Part shown: positions 1-13,200 of the stretch, one piece after another
Layout of the letters: each line of letters begins with the position of its first letter
How positions within the stretch are numbered: the first letter of the stretch is position 1
Source of the DNA: the human T2T-CHM13v2.0 reference genome, Homo sapiens
Direction of reading: 5' to 3'
Assembly (NCBI GenBank): GCA_009914755.4
Contig: CP068257.2
Span: 42,464,001 to 42,528,000, forward strand
DNA: 64,000 nt
The notes under the pieces: generated by a model
Told to the model about the DNA's origin: nothing
The model's database searches: none
The model's input: only the letters and a program-made list of their open reading frames with translations
Made by a program: the position numbers and the translations under genes

Positions 1-593
1 GAGGGCGCTGCCCACTCACAGCTTCAGGGCCTGGCTGGTGCCTTCCCATTTAGATTCCAGCTCAGGTGACCCTTCCAGGTGCCTCTCCGTGACCACCGTC
101 TAAAGTAGCCCCTGCTCCCACACTTCTCATCCCCCTCCTGCTAGAGAGAGAATATAAGGTGTGCGTGTCTGTGCGCATGGCAGTCTCCAGTGAACGCTCG
201 TGCTCGTGAGTTAGTAAATAGGATGCTGGCTTACCACACTTCTGGAAGCCCTGAGTTCTAAGCACTTTTGGGGTGCTGTTCCATTGTTGCAGCTTTTTTC
301 TTGGTGAAGTGTGGGCTCCATGCCCCTCTTCACCTGGCAGACGCCTCCTGTCTTGGGAGGCTTCCTCAGTGCTCACAGGGGCATCTTACCCATCTCTGTG
401 GGAGCTTGGGGCCGCCCGGGCTCCTCTGGTCTCCTGAGGATCAGGCTCACTTCTTCCTCTCTTACCCAGGAAAGGTGAACGGGCCCCCAAGGTGGGGTTC
501 TCTATGCCATCTCTCTGCCCAGATGCCTCACTTAGTGCTTTTCTGGGAGTCGACTGTTTTCTTTGTGTTAAGACAATTTTGTTTTCTTCACAG

Positions 594-706
594 TTTTCAA
601 ATTTGCTGGGTACGGTGTACCGGCGTGGGAACCTAAATTTTACCTGCAATGGAAATTCAGTTATCAGTCCCGTGGGCAATAGAGTCACTGTATTTGACCT
701 TAAAAA
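594..706 (+). CDS. PWP2: PWP2 coding exon 2 (FSNLLGTVYRRGNLNFTCNGNSVISPVGNRVTVFDLK; first WD repeat). Exon 1 is upstream of the window.
   Basis: Acceptor ttcttcacag|TTT, donor AAAAA|gtaagt. Translation matches the PWP2 N-terminus and joins exon 3 in frame (AA|C = Asn). Confidence 0.85.
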
Positions 707-2225
707 GTAAGTATGTGAAAGTGGTATTCATAATAGTGATACTGATTACTATTATCACCATTTTTTAAGTAACATATGAAAACTGATAGTGTCTTCTGTG
801 CCTTCCTTTTAATGGTGCACCCGTTAATTAAGGGAGCCCAGGAGAGGACTACAGGACAGACTAGGGTCAGCAGATCAGTTGTGGAAATTGGCAGCCAGAC
901 CCAGTTCTTCGTTGTAGTGCCTTAGCCAGGCCCCATAAAGTGGTGTGTCACTTGGCTCCGTTCTGTGGGAAGGGACCCTGTCCCTGTGCTGTGAAGGGTG
1001 GGTGGGGGAAAAGGTGTAGCTCAGGGTTAGCCCTTCCCCCATCAGGGAAGGCCCCTAAGGGCTGAAAGGCCAGGGCTGCTGGGGGAGTTGAAGGTACCTT
1101 GGACCCCTGCTCGGGAGCCCTGCTGCCACTGGGCCTCACCAGTCGGACGGGCAGGCCCAAAGCTTCCAGCTCTGCAGCCGGAGGTCAGTTTTATTCGCTG
1201 GGGTTTAGCGGTTTCTTCCTGTGTGCTGTTGCACTTTGCTTCACTTTGTTGCACTCTGGCTCTGTGCGGATGCTGTTTTACCACGAAGCGAAGGTGTGTG
1301 GAAACACTGCTTGGAGAAAGTTGGTCGGTGCCATTTTTCCAGCAGTGGGGGCTCACTTCATGTCTCTGTGTCACATTTTGGTAATTTTGTGATATTTCAA
1401 AGTTTATTATACCTGTGAGGGTGATTTGTGATCATCTTTGCTGTTGCTATCGTGATTGTTCTGGGGTGCCGTGATCCGTGCCCATGTAAGACAGCGAGCT
1501 TAATCGGTAAGCACTGTGTGTGCTGTGCCTGCTCCACCGACCGGCTGTTCCCCACCCCCCCACGTCTCTCTTCCTCTACTTGGGTCTCCCTATTCCCTGA
1601 CACAAACAATGCTGAAATTAGGCCAGTTAATAATGGCCTACAGTGGCCACTACGTGTTCATGTGAAAGGAAGAGTCACACAACTCTCACCTGAAATCAGA
1701 AGCTAGAAGGGACTCAGCTTAGTGAGGAAGGCATGTCAAAAGCTGAAATAGGCCAAAAGCCAGGTCTCTGCCACCAAACAGGCAAGTTGTGAATGCAAAG
1801 AAAAAGCTTTTGAAGGAAATTAAAAATGCTACTCCAGTGAACACACAAATTACAAGAAAGCCAAAATAGCCTTATTGCAGATACGGATAAAAGTTTGAGT
1901 GATCCAGATAGAAGATCAAACCAGCCACAACATTCCTTTAAGCAAGTCAAAGCCTAATGCACAGCAAGGCCCTACCTGTCCTCTGTTCTGTGAGGGCTGA
2001 GGTGAGGAAGCTGCAGGAAAGAAGTTGGAAGCTAGCAGAGGTTGGTTCATGAAGTTTAAGGAAAGAAGCCATCTCTACAACATAAAAGTGCAAAGCGAAG
2101 CAGCAAGTGCTATGGAGAAGCTGCAGGAAGTTATCCAGAAGATCTAGCTGAGATCATTGATGAAGCTGACTACACTAAACACAAAATTTCAATGGAGACA
2201 AAACAGCCTTCTATTGGAAAAAGAT

Positions 2226-2559
<334 letters not shown>

Positions 2560-3324
2560 CTAGAGAAAAGTCAGTGTCTGGCTTCAAGCAACAGGCTGAC
2601 TCTCTTATTAGGGGCTAATGCAGCTGGGGCCATTAAGTTGAAGCCAGTGCTAATTCACTGTTCTGAAAATCCTAATGCCCTTCACAATGATGCCCAAGCT
2701 ACTCTGCCTGTGCTCTATAAGTGGAACAGCAAAGTCTGGACGACAGCACATCTGTTTACAGCATGGTTTCCTGAATCTTTCCAGCCCATTGTTGAACCCA
2801 CTAAGGTTCCTTTCAAAATATTTCTGCTGTTGGACAACGTACCTGGTCACCCATGAGCTCCAAAGGAGACGCATAAGGAGATGCTGTCTTCATGCCTGCT
2901 AACACCACATCTCTTCTTCAGCCTACGGGAGTAACTTTAACTTTCAAGTCTTACCATTTAAGAAATATATTTTATAAGGCTCTAGCTGCCAAAGATAGTG
3001 ATTCCTGTAATGGATCTGGGAAAAGCCAATAAAAAGCTTTCTGGGAAGGAGTCGCCATTCTAGTTGTCATTTCATGATTCATTCAATGAGGGCAAAGTGT
3101 CGACATTAACAGGAGTCTGACAGAAGTTTAGTATCAAGCCTCATGGATGACTTTGAAGGGTTCGAGACTTTGGTGGAAGAAGTTACTGCAGATGCAGTAA
3201 AGATAGCAAGAGGATTCGAAATGAAAGCAGAGCCTGAAATGGGACTGAATTGCCGCAATGTTGCCATCAATCTTGAATGAATGAGGAGCTGCTGCTTGTG
3301 GATGAGCAAAGCAAGTGGTTTCTT

Positions 3325-3670
<346 letters not shown>

Positions 3671-4521
3671 TAAAGACTGTTGAAATGACAACAAAGGATT
3701 TAGGATATGACATCAACTTAGTTGATAAAACGCTGGGAGCATTTGTGAGGATTGACTCCGGTTTTGAAAGAAGGTCTGTTGTGGGTAAAATGCTATCAAA
3801 TAGTATCACATGCTACAGAGACATCTTGTGAAAGGAAGAGTCCATCGATACGGCAAGCTTCACTGTTGTGTTAGGAATTGGCAACGGCCACCCCGTTTTC
3901 AGCAGCTGCCACTGTGCCTGGTCAGCAGCCATCCACATCGAGGCAGACTGTCTGCCAGCAAAAAGATGAAGACTCACTGAAGGCTCAGATGATTGTTAGC
4001 ATTTTTTAGCAGTAAAGTGTTTTTAAATTAAGGGATGCACGTTGTTGCTTTAGACAGAATGCTTGTGCACACTGATAGACTACAGCACACATGAGTAGAC
4101 TGCAGCGCACACCAATAAAGTACACACTTCGACGACAGTACACACGAACAGACTACAACTCACACGAATAGAGCACAGTGCACGCTTACAGACTACAGCA
4201 CACGCTAGTAGACTACGCCGTACTGTTTACAGTATGGTGTAAACACAGCTCGGCTGCGTATGGGGAAGCTGGAATGTGTGTGCCTCACTCAGTTGCAGTG
4301 TAAGCGTTATCTGCAGCATCTCCGCGGGATTCCTGTAGCCCCTTATTTTCCATTTTTCTAGCAACAGTGTTACATGGGTGCACTGTCATGGTGGTTAATT
4401 CCTGTTGGGCACTTAGCTTGCTTCTGGTATTTTGATGTCACACTGAGGCGGAATAATCCTCTCATCATATCATCCTGGAAGCAGAATTGATGTATCCAAA
4501 GCTCATTTTTAAGGCTTTTAA

Positions 4522-5180
<659 letters not shown>

Positions 5181-5361
5181 CAACAATGTCATTTCTTTTT
5201 CAGGAGTGGGGGGTATCCACAGATGAGCTCTGGCTTGTGGGGTCCAGTAAGATTGGAGGCGCTACTTGGGGAGGGTGAGCCGCTGGTCCCAGGCCAGGCC
5301 TGGCCTGTCTCCCTCATGTGACTTGAGGACCAACAGCACACTGTGGTTTTTGTCTTTATCA

Positions 5362-5456
5362 GCAACAAATCTGACACGCTGCCCCTGGCCACTCGGTACA
5401 ACGTCAAGTGCGTGGGGCTGTCCCCGGATGGCCGCCTCGCTATCATCGTCGATGAA
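5362..5456 (+). CDS. PWP2: PWP2 coding exon 3 (NKSDTLPLATRYNVKCVGLSPDGRLAIIVDE)
   Basis: Acceptor tttatcag|C, donor GAAG|gtactt. 95 nt, phase-consistent with exons 2 and 4. Confidence 0.9.
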
Positions 5457-5788
5457 GGTACTTGCCCTTGATGTGGGCGGGTACTGAGGGGACCAGTGAG
5501 GAGGACTCAGGGCTGTGTGGGTCTGAAATGATCCGCTCCCCAGTCGCCTCCGTGTTGGGGCCCGGGTGGGGATTGGGGATGAGGGTGTCATGGGCGAGGC
5601 TGCGTCCCCGCCGCAGGCTGTGTCTGTGGCATCACCTGTGGCAGGGCAGGGCCTCATGGCCCTTGGGCATTCTCAGTCCTGACTCCTCACAGTGGACGCG
5701 AGAAAGACCTTTCTCCGTTTTTCCCGTGCTATGTATCTGGGGTGGCCCCTGGGGTAGCTGTGCGGTGGTGACCTCTGGCGTCCTGCAG

Positions 5789-5888
5789 GGGGCGATGCGC
5801 TGCTGGTCAGCCTGGTCTGCAGGTCTGTGCTGCACCACTTCCACTTCAAGGGCTCTGTGCACAGTGTGTCCTTCTCCCCTGATGGCAG
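5789..5888 (+). CDS. PWP2: PWP2 coding exon 4 (GDALLVSLVCRSVLHHFHFKGSVHSVSFSPDG)
   Basis: Acceptor tcctgcag|GG, donor GGCAG|gtaagg. 100 nt, in frame. Confidence 0.9.
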
Positions 5889-6234
5889 GTAAGGGGGACA
5901 GCTTGGGGGCAGGAGGGTTCGGCCGTGCATGCCGACGGTGAGGCCCACTGCCCAGCTCGTTTCCCTGGGCCCCGGGTTGTGACGTTGGGTTGGGCACACG
6001 GCCCAAGCTCTGGCATTGGTGACCCCCTTTTCTGGAGGAGAAGGCTTGGTGCGGCCAGGCTGCCCTCCCTCCAGGGCTGTTTCTTCCCTGACTTTTGCTT
6101 CCTCTGCTCCTTGGCCTCCATCCTGCAGGAGGCGGGACTCCAGAAGGCCCAGGTGGGTGCAGGCTGAGACTCCACAGTGGCCTTAGGGCCATTGCTGGTC
6201 TTGAATATCAACTATGTCCGCGTTCCTTCCATAG

Positions 6235-6378
6235 GAAGTTTGTTGTCACAAAGGGTAACATTGCCCAGATGTATCATGCCCCTGGGAAGAAGCGGGAGTT
6301 CAACGCCTTCGTTCTGGACAAGACCTATTTTGGGCCCTACGATGAGACCACCTGCATCGACTGGACGGATGACTCCAG
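6235..6378 (+). CDS. PWP2: PWP2 coding exon 5 (KFVVTKGNIAQMYHAPGKKREFNAFVLDKTYFGPYDETTCIDWTDDS)
   Basis: Acceptor ttccatag|G, donor TCCAG|gtgcgg. 144 nt. Confidence 0.9.
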
Positions 6379-6873
6379 GTGCGGCCTCAGAGGCTTCGGG
6401 GGAGCGGGGCTTGAGAGAGGCCCCTTGGACAGGTCACCCCCTTGGGCCCTGCAGCTTCGTTCCGCAATGGCATCTCGGCCTCCTTTGGGGCTGGGCGCTG
6501 CCCACACCATCAGGACTGGCTGGGTGGCTGTGGTCGAGTCTTCGCGGCTCTGAAGTGTGTGCTGTGGCCGAGCCTCCTGCCCCTGCACTGCCCTTTCACC
6601 TGTTTGTCCCAGAAACTGGGAATGCTGTGGTTGGCTCGGGCAGCGTCTGGGAGGAGTTAGGAAGGCAGACAGGGCAGGGACAGCGTCTGGGAGGTGTGAG
6701 GAAGGCAGACAGGGCAGGGGCTGTGCCGGGGTGTCTTCCTGTGCCTGGAGGCGTCTCAGCTCACTCTGAGACCACGTGGGGCTGTAGCGGTCTCCGTGCA
6801 GCCCTCTGGAGCTTGCACCTGGCTGCTTTGTTATGGCCAAGCCCTGAGGAGGTGCCATCTCCCTCTTTTCCAG

Positions 6874-7009
6874 GTGCTTTGTGGTTGGGAGCAAAGACAT
6901 GTCCACCTGGGTGTTCGGAGCCGAGCGCTGGGACAACCTCATCTACTATGCACTGGGGGGACATAAGGATGCCATCGTGGCCTGCTTCTTTGAATCCAAC
7001 AGCCTGGAC
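6874..7009 (+). CDS. PWP2: PWP2 coding exon 6 (CFVVGSKDMSTWVFGAERWDNLIYYALGGHKDAIVACFFESNSLD)
   Basis: Acceptor ctcttttccag|G, donor CTGGAC|gtatgt. 136 nt. Confidence 0.9.
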
Positions 7010-7300
7010 GTATGTCCCTTTGCCAAGTTCCCTAGCCTGATGGTGGCCAAAAGCGGCTAGTTCAGGGAGGCCCCAGGCTGCAGGCGGCCTCTTCCTGCGG
7101 TTCCCCCAGGCTGTTCCCGTGTGGCCTGGGGGCATCTAGGGACCGATGGCAGCTGTGGCGGCCCATCGAGAATTGTTCTCAGAGTTCAGAGGGGCCGTCG
7201 GTGCCACTGGTCCCTGGATCTGAGCTGGAGGGAGGTGCCGGGTTGTGGCAGCTGGGCCAGTGTGGCTGGGGCTGGGGTGACCCTGTGCTTCCCCTTGCAG

Positions 7301-7530
7301 CTGTACTCACTCAGCCAGGACGGAGTGCTGTGCATGTGGCAGTGTGACACGCCCCCCGAGGGCTTGCGGCTGAAGCCCCCTGCGGGCTGGAAAGCAGACC
7401 TGTTGCAGCGGGAGGAGGAAGAGGAGGAGGAGGAGGACCAGGAGGGCGACAGAGAGACCACCATCCGGGGAAAAGCCACTCCGGCCGAGGAGGAGAAGAC
7501 AGGAAAAGTGAAGTACTCACGGCTGGCCAA
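7301..7530 (+). CDS. PWP2: PWP2 coding exon 7, including the poly-Glu tract (LYSLSQDGVL...REEEEEEEEDQEGDRETT...KYSRLA)
   Basis: Acceptor ccccttgcag|CTG, donor GCCAA|gtaggt. 230 nt. Glu8 is encoded by an imperfect GAG/GAA run at about 7405-7440. Confidence 0.9.
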
Positions 7531-8662
7531 GTAGGTCTCTGAGGTGTGGTGGGCTGTGGCGGGGCACTCCTGTGGGAATCTCTTGCCCCCAGAGGGATCT
7601 GGATGTGGGGTCCCCAGGGCCGAGGAGTGGGAGGTACAGAGAGCAGGCCTGCGTCTCAGGGCCCCGGTTTGAGCACCCTCGAGTGCTTGGGTGTTGACCC
7701 TGCCCCTTAAGCAGGGTCCCTGCCTCGGCTGTCTGAGCTGCCTGTGTGCCCAGGGCAGGGCAGAGGGCGGTGGGTAGGGGTGCATAGGGGGCAGGGAGGT
7801 GTGCGGGCACTCCGTGACGGGAATAGCAGCACCTTGGGCCCTAAGGGGGTTGGGAGTTGTCTGTGGCCCCACCAGCTTCTGTGGAGTTTGGTGTGGGCGA
7901 TAGTCCCTTGGCCTCGTGCAGGGAGATGCCGGGAGAGCGTTTGGCAAGGGTGGAGGGAGGGACCGGGCTGTGAGTGGGCGCAGCGAGTGGTCTGAGTCCT
8001 GCTTCGGGGCCCGCTGGTGGGTGGTACTTGGTGCTTTTTCAGGCACTGAGCTGGGCCGTGCAGCCCCGCATCCGGACTCAGTCCCCCAGACGAGACGAGA
8101 TGAGATGAGACTGAGCCCGGCCCCACGGACTGCCTGTGGGATGGCCTTAGCTGTGCCTGGAGCCCTGGCAGAGATGCTGCCCTGATTCGGGGTGTCCCGC
8201 GTCTGGGCTGTGGGGGAGGCTGGTCAGGATCACATGAAGGCAGAGTTGCCCGCAGCTATGGTGTCTCCGTCACCCGGGTGCCCCAGCCTGGGCCCCTCCT
8301 TGCTGCAGTTGCTTAGCGCCTGCTGTGTGCAGGGCTCTGAACTTGGCACTGAGACACACTGCCCACCCTTGTGAGGCCTCCTCTCCGCCGGGGAGGAGAG
8401 GTGCAGTGATGAGGTGGCTGCGTGCGGAGGTGGGCGGCAGTTGGGGTCCCTGGGTGGGGAAGGCGCCCACACAAGGCCCTGCCTGTGGAGGGAGCCAGGC
8501 GGCCAGAACGGGCTGCCTTTGGAGGGGTTGGGGTCTGCTGGGTAGGTGGGAGTTGTGGCCATGAGAGCCCTGGGTCTGAGGAGCAGGGAGGGCCGGCTGG
8601 ACTCCAGTGGGAGGAGGGTGCTTTGCCAAGGGCAGCGGAGTTGGAGGGTGGCCAGAACAGGT

Positions 8663-8746
8663 CCAAGTGGGTCAGTGCCCACAAGTGAGTCAGTGCCCGC
8701 GGGTGGGTCAGTGCCCGTGAGTGAGTCCGTGCCCGTCAGTGCCCGC
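8663..8746 (+). repeat. 15-bp tandem repeat (GTGAGTCAGTGCCCG, 5 copies) in PWP2 intron 7
   Basis: gtgggtcagtgcccacaagtgagtcagtgcccgcgggtgggtcagtgcccgtgagtgagtccgtgcccgtcagtgcccg. Confidence 0.7.
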
Positions 8747-9432
8747 GGGGACTTGGGGGTGTTGTGCTGGAGTCAAGACTTGAACGGGGACTGGAGGAAG
8801 AGGAAGGGATGATGGGCCCCCCAACCCCGCCCTGGGGAAGGGAGGTTCCAGGCAGCTCCAGGAAGACAGTGTGCCTGCTAGGCGGGGACTGCGGGCTGTC
8901 AGCGCGAAACATGTGAAGGGAGGGCCTGCTGCATTGGCAGCCAGTGCTCCCTGTCACTTGTTCAGGAGGGACGGGGTCCAGAAAGGAGAGGGAAGGACCA
9001 GGGCTGAGCTACAACGTGACTTGGGGAGGTTTTGAGGGCGGGGGTGCCATCAGGGTCACCTTCGTCTGCTGATGGGGACCGAGGGTTCCTTAGAGGAGGA
9101 AGCAGCAGGGGATGATGGGATTCGGGTGTGCCTGGCGGCCATGCCGCGCCTCCCGCACCTCCTCTGCCTCCCATGGGCACTGCTGTCTCTGGGTGCACCA
9201 CTAGCTCTGCTGTGGGGCCAGCTGGCGACAGTGGAGATGCTGTGTGAGGTTCCTTTGGGGTCCCGAGCTTGGGATGGAGGCGGGCAGCTTCAGGGCCTGG
9301 GGTGGAGAGGGAGAGGGCAGGTCTGGGACCTCCTGCCTGGATCTGTGGCCTGTGTCCTGGAGCCCAGAGCAAGCTGGGGTGGCAGTCTGGCTCTGCGCTC
9401 CTCCTCACAACTCTTCTCTCTCGTCAATTCAG

Positions 9433-9576
9433 GTACTTCTTCAATAAAGAAGGGGATTTTAACAACCTGACAGCTGCAGCATTTCATAAGAAGTCTCACC
9501 TCTTGGTCACTGGCTTTGCTTCTGGAATCTTCCATCTTCATGAGCTGCCAGAGTTTAACCTCATCCACTCCCTGAG
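9433..9576 (+). CDS. PWP2: PWP2 coding exon 8 ([47 protein letters not shown])
   Basis: Acceptor caattcag|G, donor CTGAG|gtaagc. 144 nt. Confidence 0.9.
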
Positions 9577-9926
9577 GTAAGCCTTTGCTCGCAGTGGGGT
9601 GTGGTTTTATGCACTCACTGGCCCTGAATCTGAGGGCCCAGCCAAGCCTGCCCTTAGCAGTGGGGGCAGCAGAGCCACTTGGAGCGCCGGCTCAGGCCAC
9701 AGGACGGCAGCCCGAAACCTGCCCGGCCGCTGGTGCTGGTCAGTGCGACAGTGTTGCCGCCCCCACTGGCAGTCAGCAGCATTGGTCTCGGGTCAGTCAC
9801 AGCCTTTCAAGTTTTTGTCTCCGCTTTTCTTCATCTGTGAGACACAGAGAACGAAAATACTATGCTCATAAAATTGTGAAGTTGCAAGTTGTTGAACCCT
9901 GGCCTCCCCTCTGGGCCTTCTCTGAT

Positions 9927-10215
9927 TCTTTTCTTTGAGACAGAGTCCTGCTCTGTCGCCCAGGCTGGAGTGCGGTGGCGTAATTCGGTTCACTGCAACC
10001 TCCGCCTCCCGGGCTCAAATGATCCTCCCACTTCAGCCTCCTGAGGAGCTGGGGCCACAGGTGTGCGCCACTACACCCGGCTAGTTTTTAAATTTTTTGT
10101 CGAGACGGGTCTTGCTGGGTTTTCCCAGCCTGGTCTTGAACTCCTGGGTTCAAGCAATCCTTGCCTCCGCCTCCCAATGTGCTGGGATGACAGGCGTGAG
10201 CCACTGCACCCAGCC
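9927..10215 (-). mobile_element. Alu (antisense) in PWP2 intron 8
   Basis: tttgagacagagtcctgctctgtcgcccaggctggagtgc ... gtgagccactgcacccagcc. Confidence 0.85.
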
Positions 10216-10374
10216 CTCTGATACTTGAACTGAAGTGAATTGTTGAGTCTGGTGAGTGGGTGGGGTAAGCTCTGCACACAGGGATAGAATCTGGTGTCTG
10301 GGGCTGCCCTGAGTGGGCACTGGGGCTTCAGCCCGGGCAGGCTGGCCTCCCACTTACAGGCCCGTTCTCTGCAG

Positions 10375-10445
10375 CATCTCAGATCAGAGCATCGCCTCAG
10401 TGGCCATCAATAGCTCGGGGGACTGGATTGCTTTTGGCTGTTCAG
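10375..10445 (+). CDS. PWP2: PWP2 coding exon 9 (ISDQSIASVAINSSGDWIAFGCS)
   Basis: Acceptor ttctctgcag|C, donor TTCAG|gtttgt. 71 nt. Confidence 0.9.
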
Positions 10446-10533
10446 GTTTGTCCCCAGCCTGGGTGGTAGAGATGGACTCCCCATTAGGGACCAGTGCTGC
10501 CCGGCTACAGGCTTACTTGACAGCCACCCACTG

Positions 10534-10710
10534 GGGGTGCCCTCCCCTCCCCCAGTTGTCTTCCATGGGGTGCCCTCTCCCCCAGCCGCCTTTCAGAAGG
10601 GGCCCTCCCCTCCCCCAGCTGTCTGCCATGGGGTGCCCTCCCCTCCTCCAGCCACCTTTCAGGGGGTGCCTTCTTCTCTTCCAGCTGCCTCCCAGGGGTG
10701 CCCTTCCTGC
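10534..10710 (+). repeat. C-rich tandem repeat of about 60-65 bp (about 2.7 copies) in PWP2 intron 9
   Basis: gggtgccctcccctcccccag.tgtct.ccatggggtgccctc.cccc.cagcc.cctttcag repeated. Confidence 0.7.
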
Positions 10711-10998
10711 TCTGGCCCTCCTCAAGCACCTCTCTGTCTTAAGCCCCTTGCTCAGGGGTTGGGGGTCATAGCCTGCCTCAGTTGTGACCTGCAACCACTG
10801 GGTTGCACGGGCGGGGCCCATCACTGGCTGGTGAAGCTGCAGCATCGGGCAGTGGTCCCAGCCTATGCTTGGGGGTTTGTGCGTTTCACCCCCTGCCCGG
10901 CAGCTTTCTCAGTCCTGTGCCAAGTGGGAAGGTGGGCCGGGCCAGTCTGACCTGGGGTGGGCCTGAGCCGCGTACCCCAGCTTCCCCCGTGTGCACAG

Positions 10999-11135
10999 GC
11001 CTGGGCCAGCTGCTGGTGTGGGAGTGGCAGAGTGAGTCCTACGTGCTCAAGCAGCAGGGCCACTTCAACAGCATGGTGGCCCTGGCCTACTCGCCCGACG
11101 GACAGTACATCGTGACTGGCGGGGACGACGGCAAG
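10999..11135 (+). CDS. PWP2: PWP2 coding exon 10 (LGQLLVWEWQSESYVLKQQGHFNSMVALAYSPDGQYIVTGGDDGK)
   Basis: Acceptor gtgtgcacag|GC, donor GGCAAG|gtaggc. 137 nt. Confidence 0.9.
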
Positions 11136-11667
11136 GTAGGCTCCTGTCCCCGTCCCATTGGCCTCTGTGCCTGGGGGGCTGTGAAGATGCAGTGGTCTGT
11201 GGGGCCGTGTCTTGACGGTAGGGCTGGTGTTCACAGCTTCACCCGGGCTCATGAGCTCAGTAGGCGTTTAAAAACATACAAAAATGTGAATGGAGAGGGT
11301 TGGGTGTCCCTCTTTCCCCTTTCTGACTTGGTCTCCTGCACGGTGGTGGCTGCGTGGCGGGGAGAGGGTCTGTGGTGCCGGCAGCCGGCATCCAGCCAGT
11401 GTCCAAGGGGCTCCAGTACGTGGCCGAGGGTGGGTCCATGGTACTGGCAGCTGGCATCCGGCCAGCATCCACAGGGTTCTGGTGTGTGCAGTGCCCCTGC
11501 GGGCCATCTAGGCCTTAAATGGGCTCCTCCTGGAGGTGACAGGAAGAGACTGGGGCAGACGGCCCACTCACCACCCACTCAGCACAGCCTCAGGCCTGTT
11601 GGGGAGGCTGAGTGAGCCAGGGCAGCCGTGGGCACAGGGGCAAGGCTCTCAGGATGTGGCGTCACAT

Positions 11668-11855
11668 GCGGGGGTCTCAGGGATGGGGTGTCAGTTGCAG
11701 GTGGGGGTCTCAGGGATGGGGTATCAGTCACAGTTGGGGGTCTCAGGGATGGGGTTTCAGTCATGTGCGGGGATCTCGGATGGAGTGTCAGTCACAGTTG
11801 GGGGTCTCAGGGATGGGGTATTACTCACGGGTAGGGTCTCAGGGATGGGGCAGTA
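11668..11855 (+). repeat. 37-bp minisatellite (GGGGTCTCAGGGATGGGGTNTCAGTCACAGTTG, about 5-6 copies) in PWP2 intron 10
   Basis: Direct periodicity. It produces overlapping spurious ORFs (11536-12099, 11612-12112, 11628-11834). Confidence 0.8.
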
Positions 11856-11959
11856 CAGGGGCAAGCATCTTAGATGGGGCGGCATGGGGACAGGGATCCT
11901 GGCCGAAGCCGTGGCACACAGGGTTGGGGTCTGCCCCTGCCCCTCCTGTCCTGCCTCAG

Positions 11960-12108
11960 GTCAAGGTGTGGAACACCCTCAGCGGCTTCTGCTTCGTCAC
12001 TTTTACGGAGCACTCCAGCGGGGTGACCGGTGTGACCTTTACTGCCACCGGCTACGTTGTGGTGACCTCATCCATGGACGGGACCGTGCGAGCCTTTGAC
12101 CTTCACAG
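11960..12108 (+). CDS. PWP2: PWP2 coding exon 11 (VKVWNTLSGFCFVTFTEHSSGVTGVTFTATGYVVVTSSMDGTVRAFDLH)
   Basis: Acceptor ctgcctcag|GTC, donor CACAG|gtgatg. 149 nt. Confidence 0.9.
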
Positions 12109-12242
12109 GTGATGTTTTTGCTCCGGATTGGCTTGGGGCAGGCTTCCCCCACGCAGAGGTGAAGGTGGAGGGTGAGGCTGCAGTGCAGCTGCTGGGGCAG
12201 GGGACCCTGGCACGTGACTCTGACCTTGCCTCTTCTCTGCAG

Positions 12243-12390
12243 GTACCGAAACTTCCGCACCTTCACCTCTCCACGCCCCACCCAGTTCTCCTGTGTGGCG
12301 GTGGATGCGAGCGGTGAGATCGTCTCTGCAGGGGCGCAGGACTCCTTTGAGATTTTCGTGTGGTCCATGCAGACAGGCAGGCTCCTTGAT
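12243..12390 (+). CDS. PWP2: PWP2 coding exon 12 (YRNFRTFTSPRPTQFSCVAVDASGEIVSAGAQDSFEIFVWSMQTGRLLD)
   Basis: Acceptor tcttctctgcag|G, donor CTTGAT|gtaagc. 148 nt. Confidence 0.9.
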
Positions 12391-12563
12391 GTAAGCACCC
12401 TGAGGGGCTGGGCTGGGGCTCAGGAGGGGCCCTCCTGTCTCCTGGGAGAGGAGCGCAGGGAGCTGAGGTTACACTCCGAGGGCCCATGCCCCTGGCCCAG
12501 AGCTGCCCAGAGAGCCGCCTCGGCCGCCACCTCCACTCTTCACGCCTCCTTGCTCTACGGTAG

Positions 12564-12714
12564 GTTTTGTCTGGACACGAAGGGCCCATCAGTGGTCTGT
12601 GTTTTAACCCAATGAAGTCCGTCCTGGCCAGTGCCTCCTGGGACAAGACGGTGCGCCTATGGGACATGTTTGACAGCTGGAGGACCAAGGAGACGCTGGC
12701 CCTGACCTCTGATG
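12564..12714 (+). CDS. PWP2: PWP2 coding exon 13 (VLSGHEGPISGLCFNPMKSVLASASWDKTVRLWDMFDSWRTKETLALTSD)
   Basis: Acceptor ctctacggtag|GTT, donor GATG|gtgagc. 151 nt. Confidence 0.9.
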
Positions 12715-13065
12715 GTGAGCACGAGGCAGCAGGCAGGAGCAGCGGCCTGGGGACCAGCAGCATGCTGTCACACCCACTGCCCTGTTCCTCGTTGTGGGTT
12801 TGGTGTGAACCTTCTGGTGGGAAGCAGGGGGTGGCTTTTATCCAGACCTGCTGGTGTGGCAGCCCTTGAGGTTGGCAGTACCTAGGAGACAGCAGATTGG
12901 CGAGTCAGGCCAGCGTGGCTTCCACAAGTCCTTGTGGGGCTCCCGCTCTGTGGGCAAGTACGCCAGGCAGGAGAGAACAGCTCCCCGAGGGTGAAGGGCT
13001 GCTGCCGCAGCTGCTTCCTGATTTTCGGAGTTGCTTTGGAGCTCTGCCAGGGCTGTGTCACTGGG

Positions 13066-13200
13066 AGAAGGACACAGGGACCATGGGGGGCCCAGACGCT
13101 GGATGCGGCCAGTCCCGGAATCTGCAGACTGGGAGAAGGATGAGGGGGCCATAGGTGGGCCCGGAAGCCAGATGCGGCTGCCCAGGGATCTGCAGACTGG
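13066..13200 (+). repeat. Tandem repeat of about 62 bp (2 copies) in PWP2 intron 13
   Basis: cactgggagaaggacacagggaccatggggggcccagacgctggatgcggccagtcccggaatctgcagactgg repeated with variants. Confidence 0.65.

Noticed and set aside
1-593. Search for PWP2 exon 1 (ATG AAG TTC GC.. = MKFAYR) and its promoter in the first 593 bp
   Set aside because: No matching ATGAAGTT is present. Exon 1 and the PWP2 promoter must lie upstream of the window, so they are not reported.
5189-9600. Numerous intronic ORFs in PWP2 introns (for example 5632-6192 on the minus strand, 6177-7040 on the plus strand, 7186-8046 on the minus strand)
   Set aside because: GC-rich intronic sequence gives a long open frame by chance. 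They overlap real exons in other frames or strands and have no homology signal.
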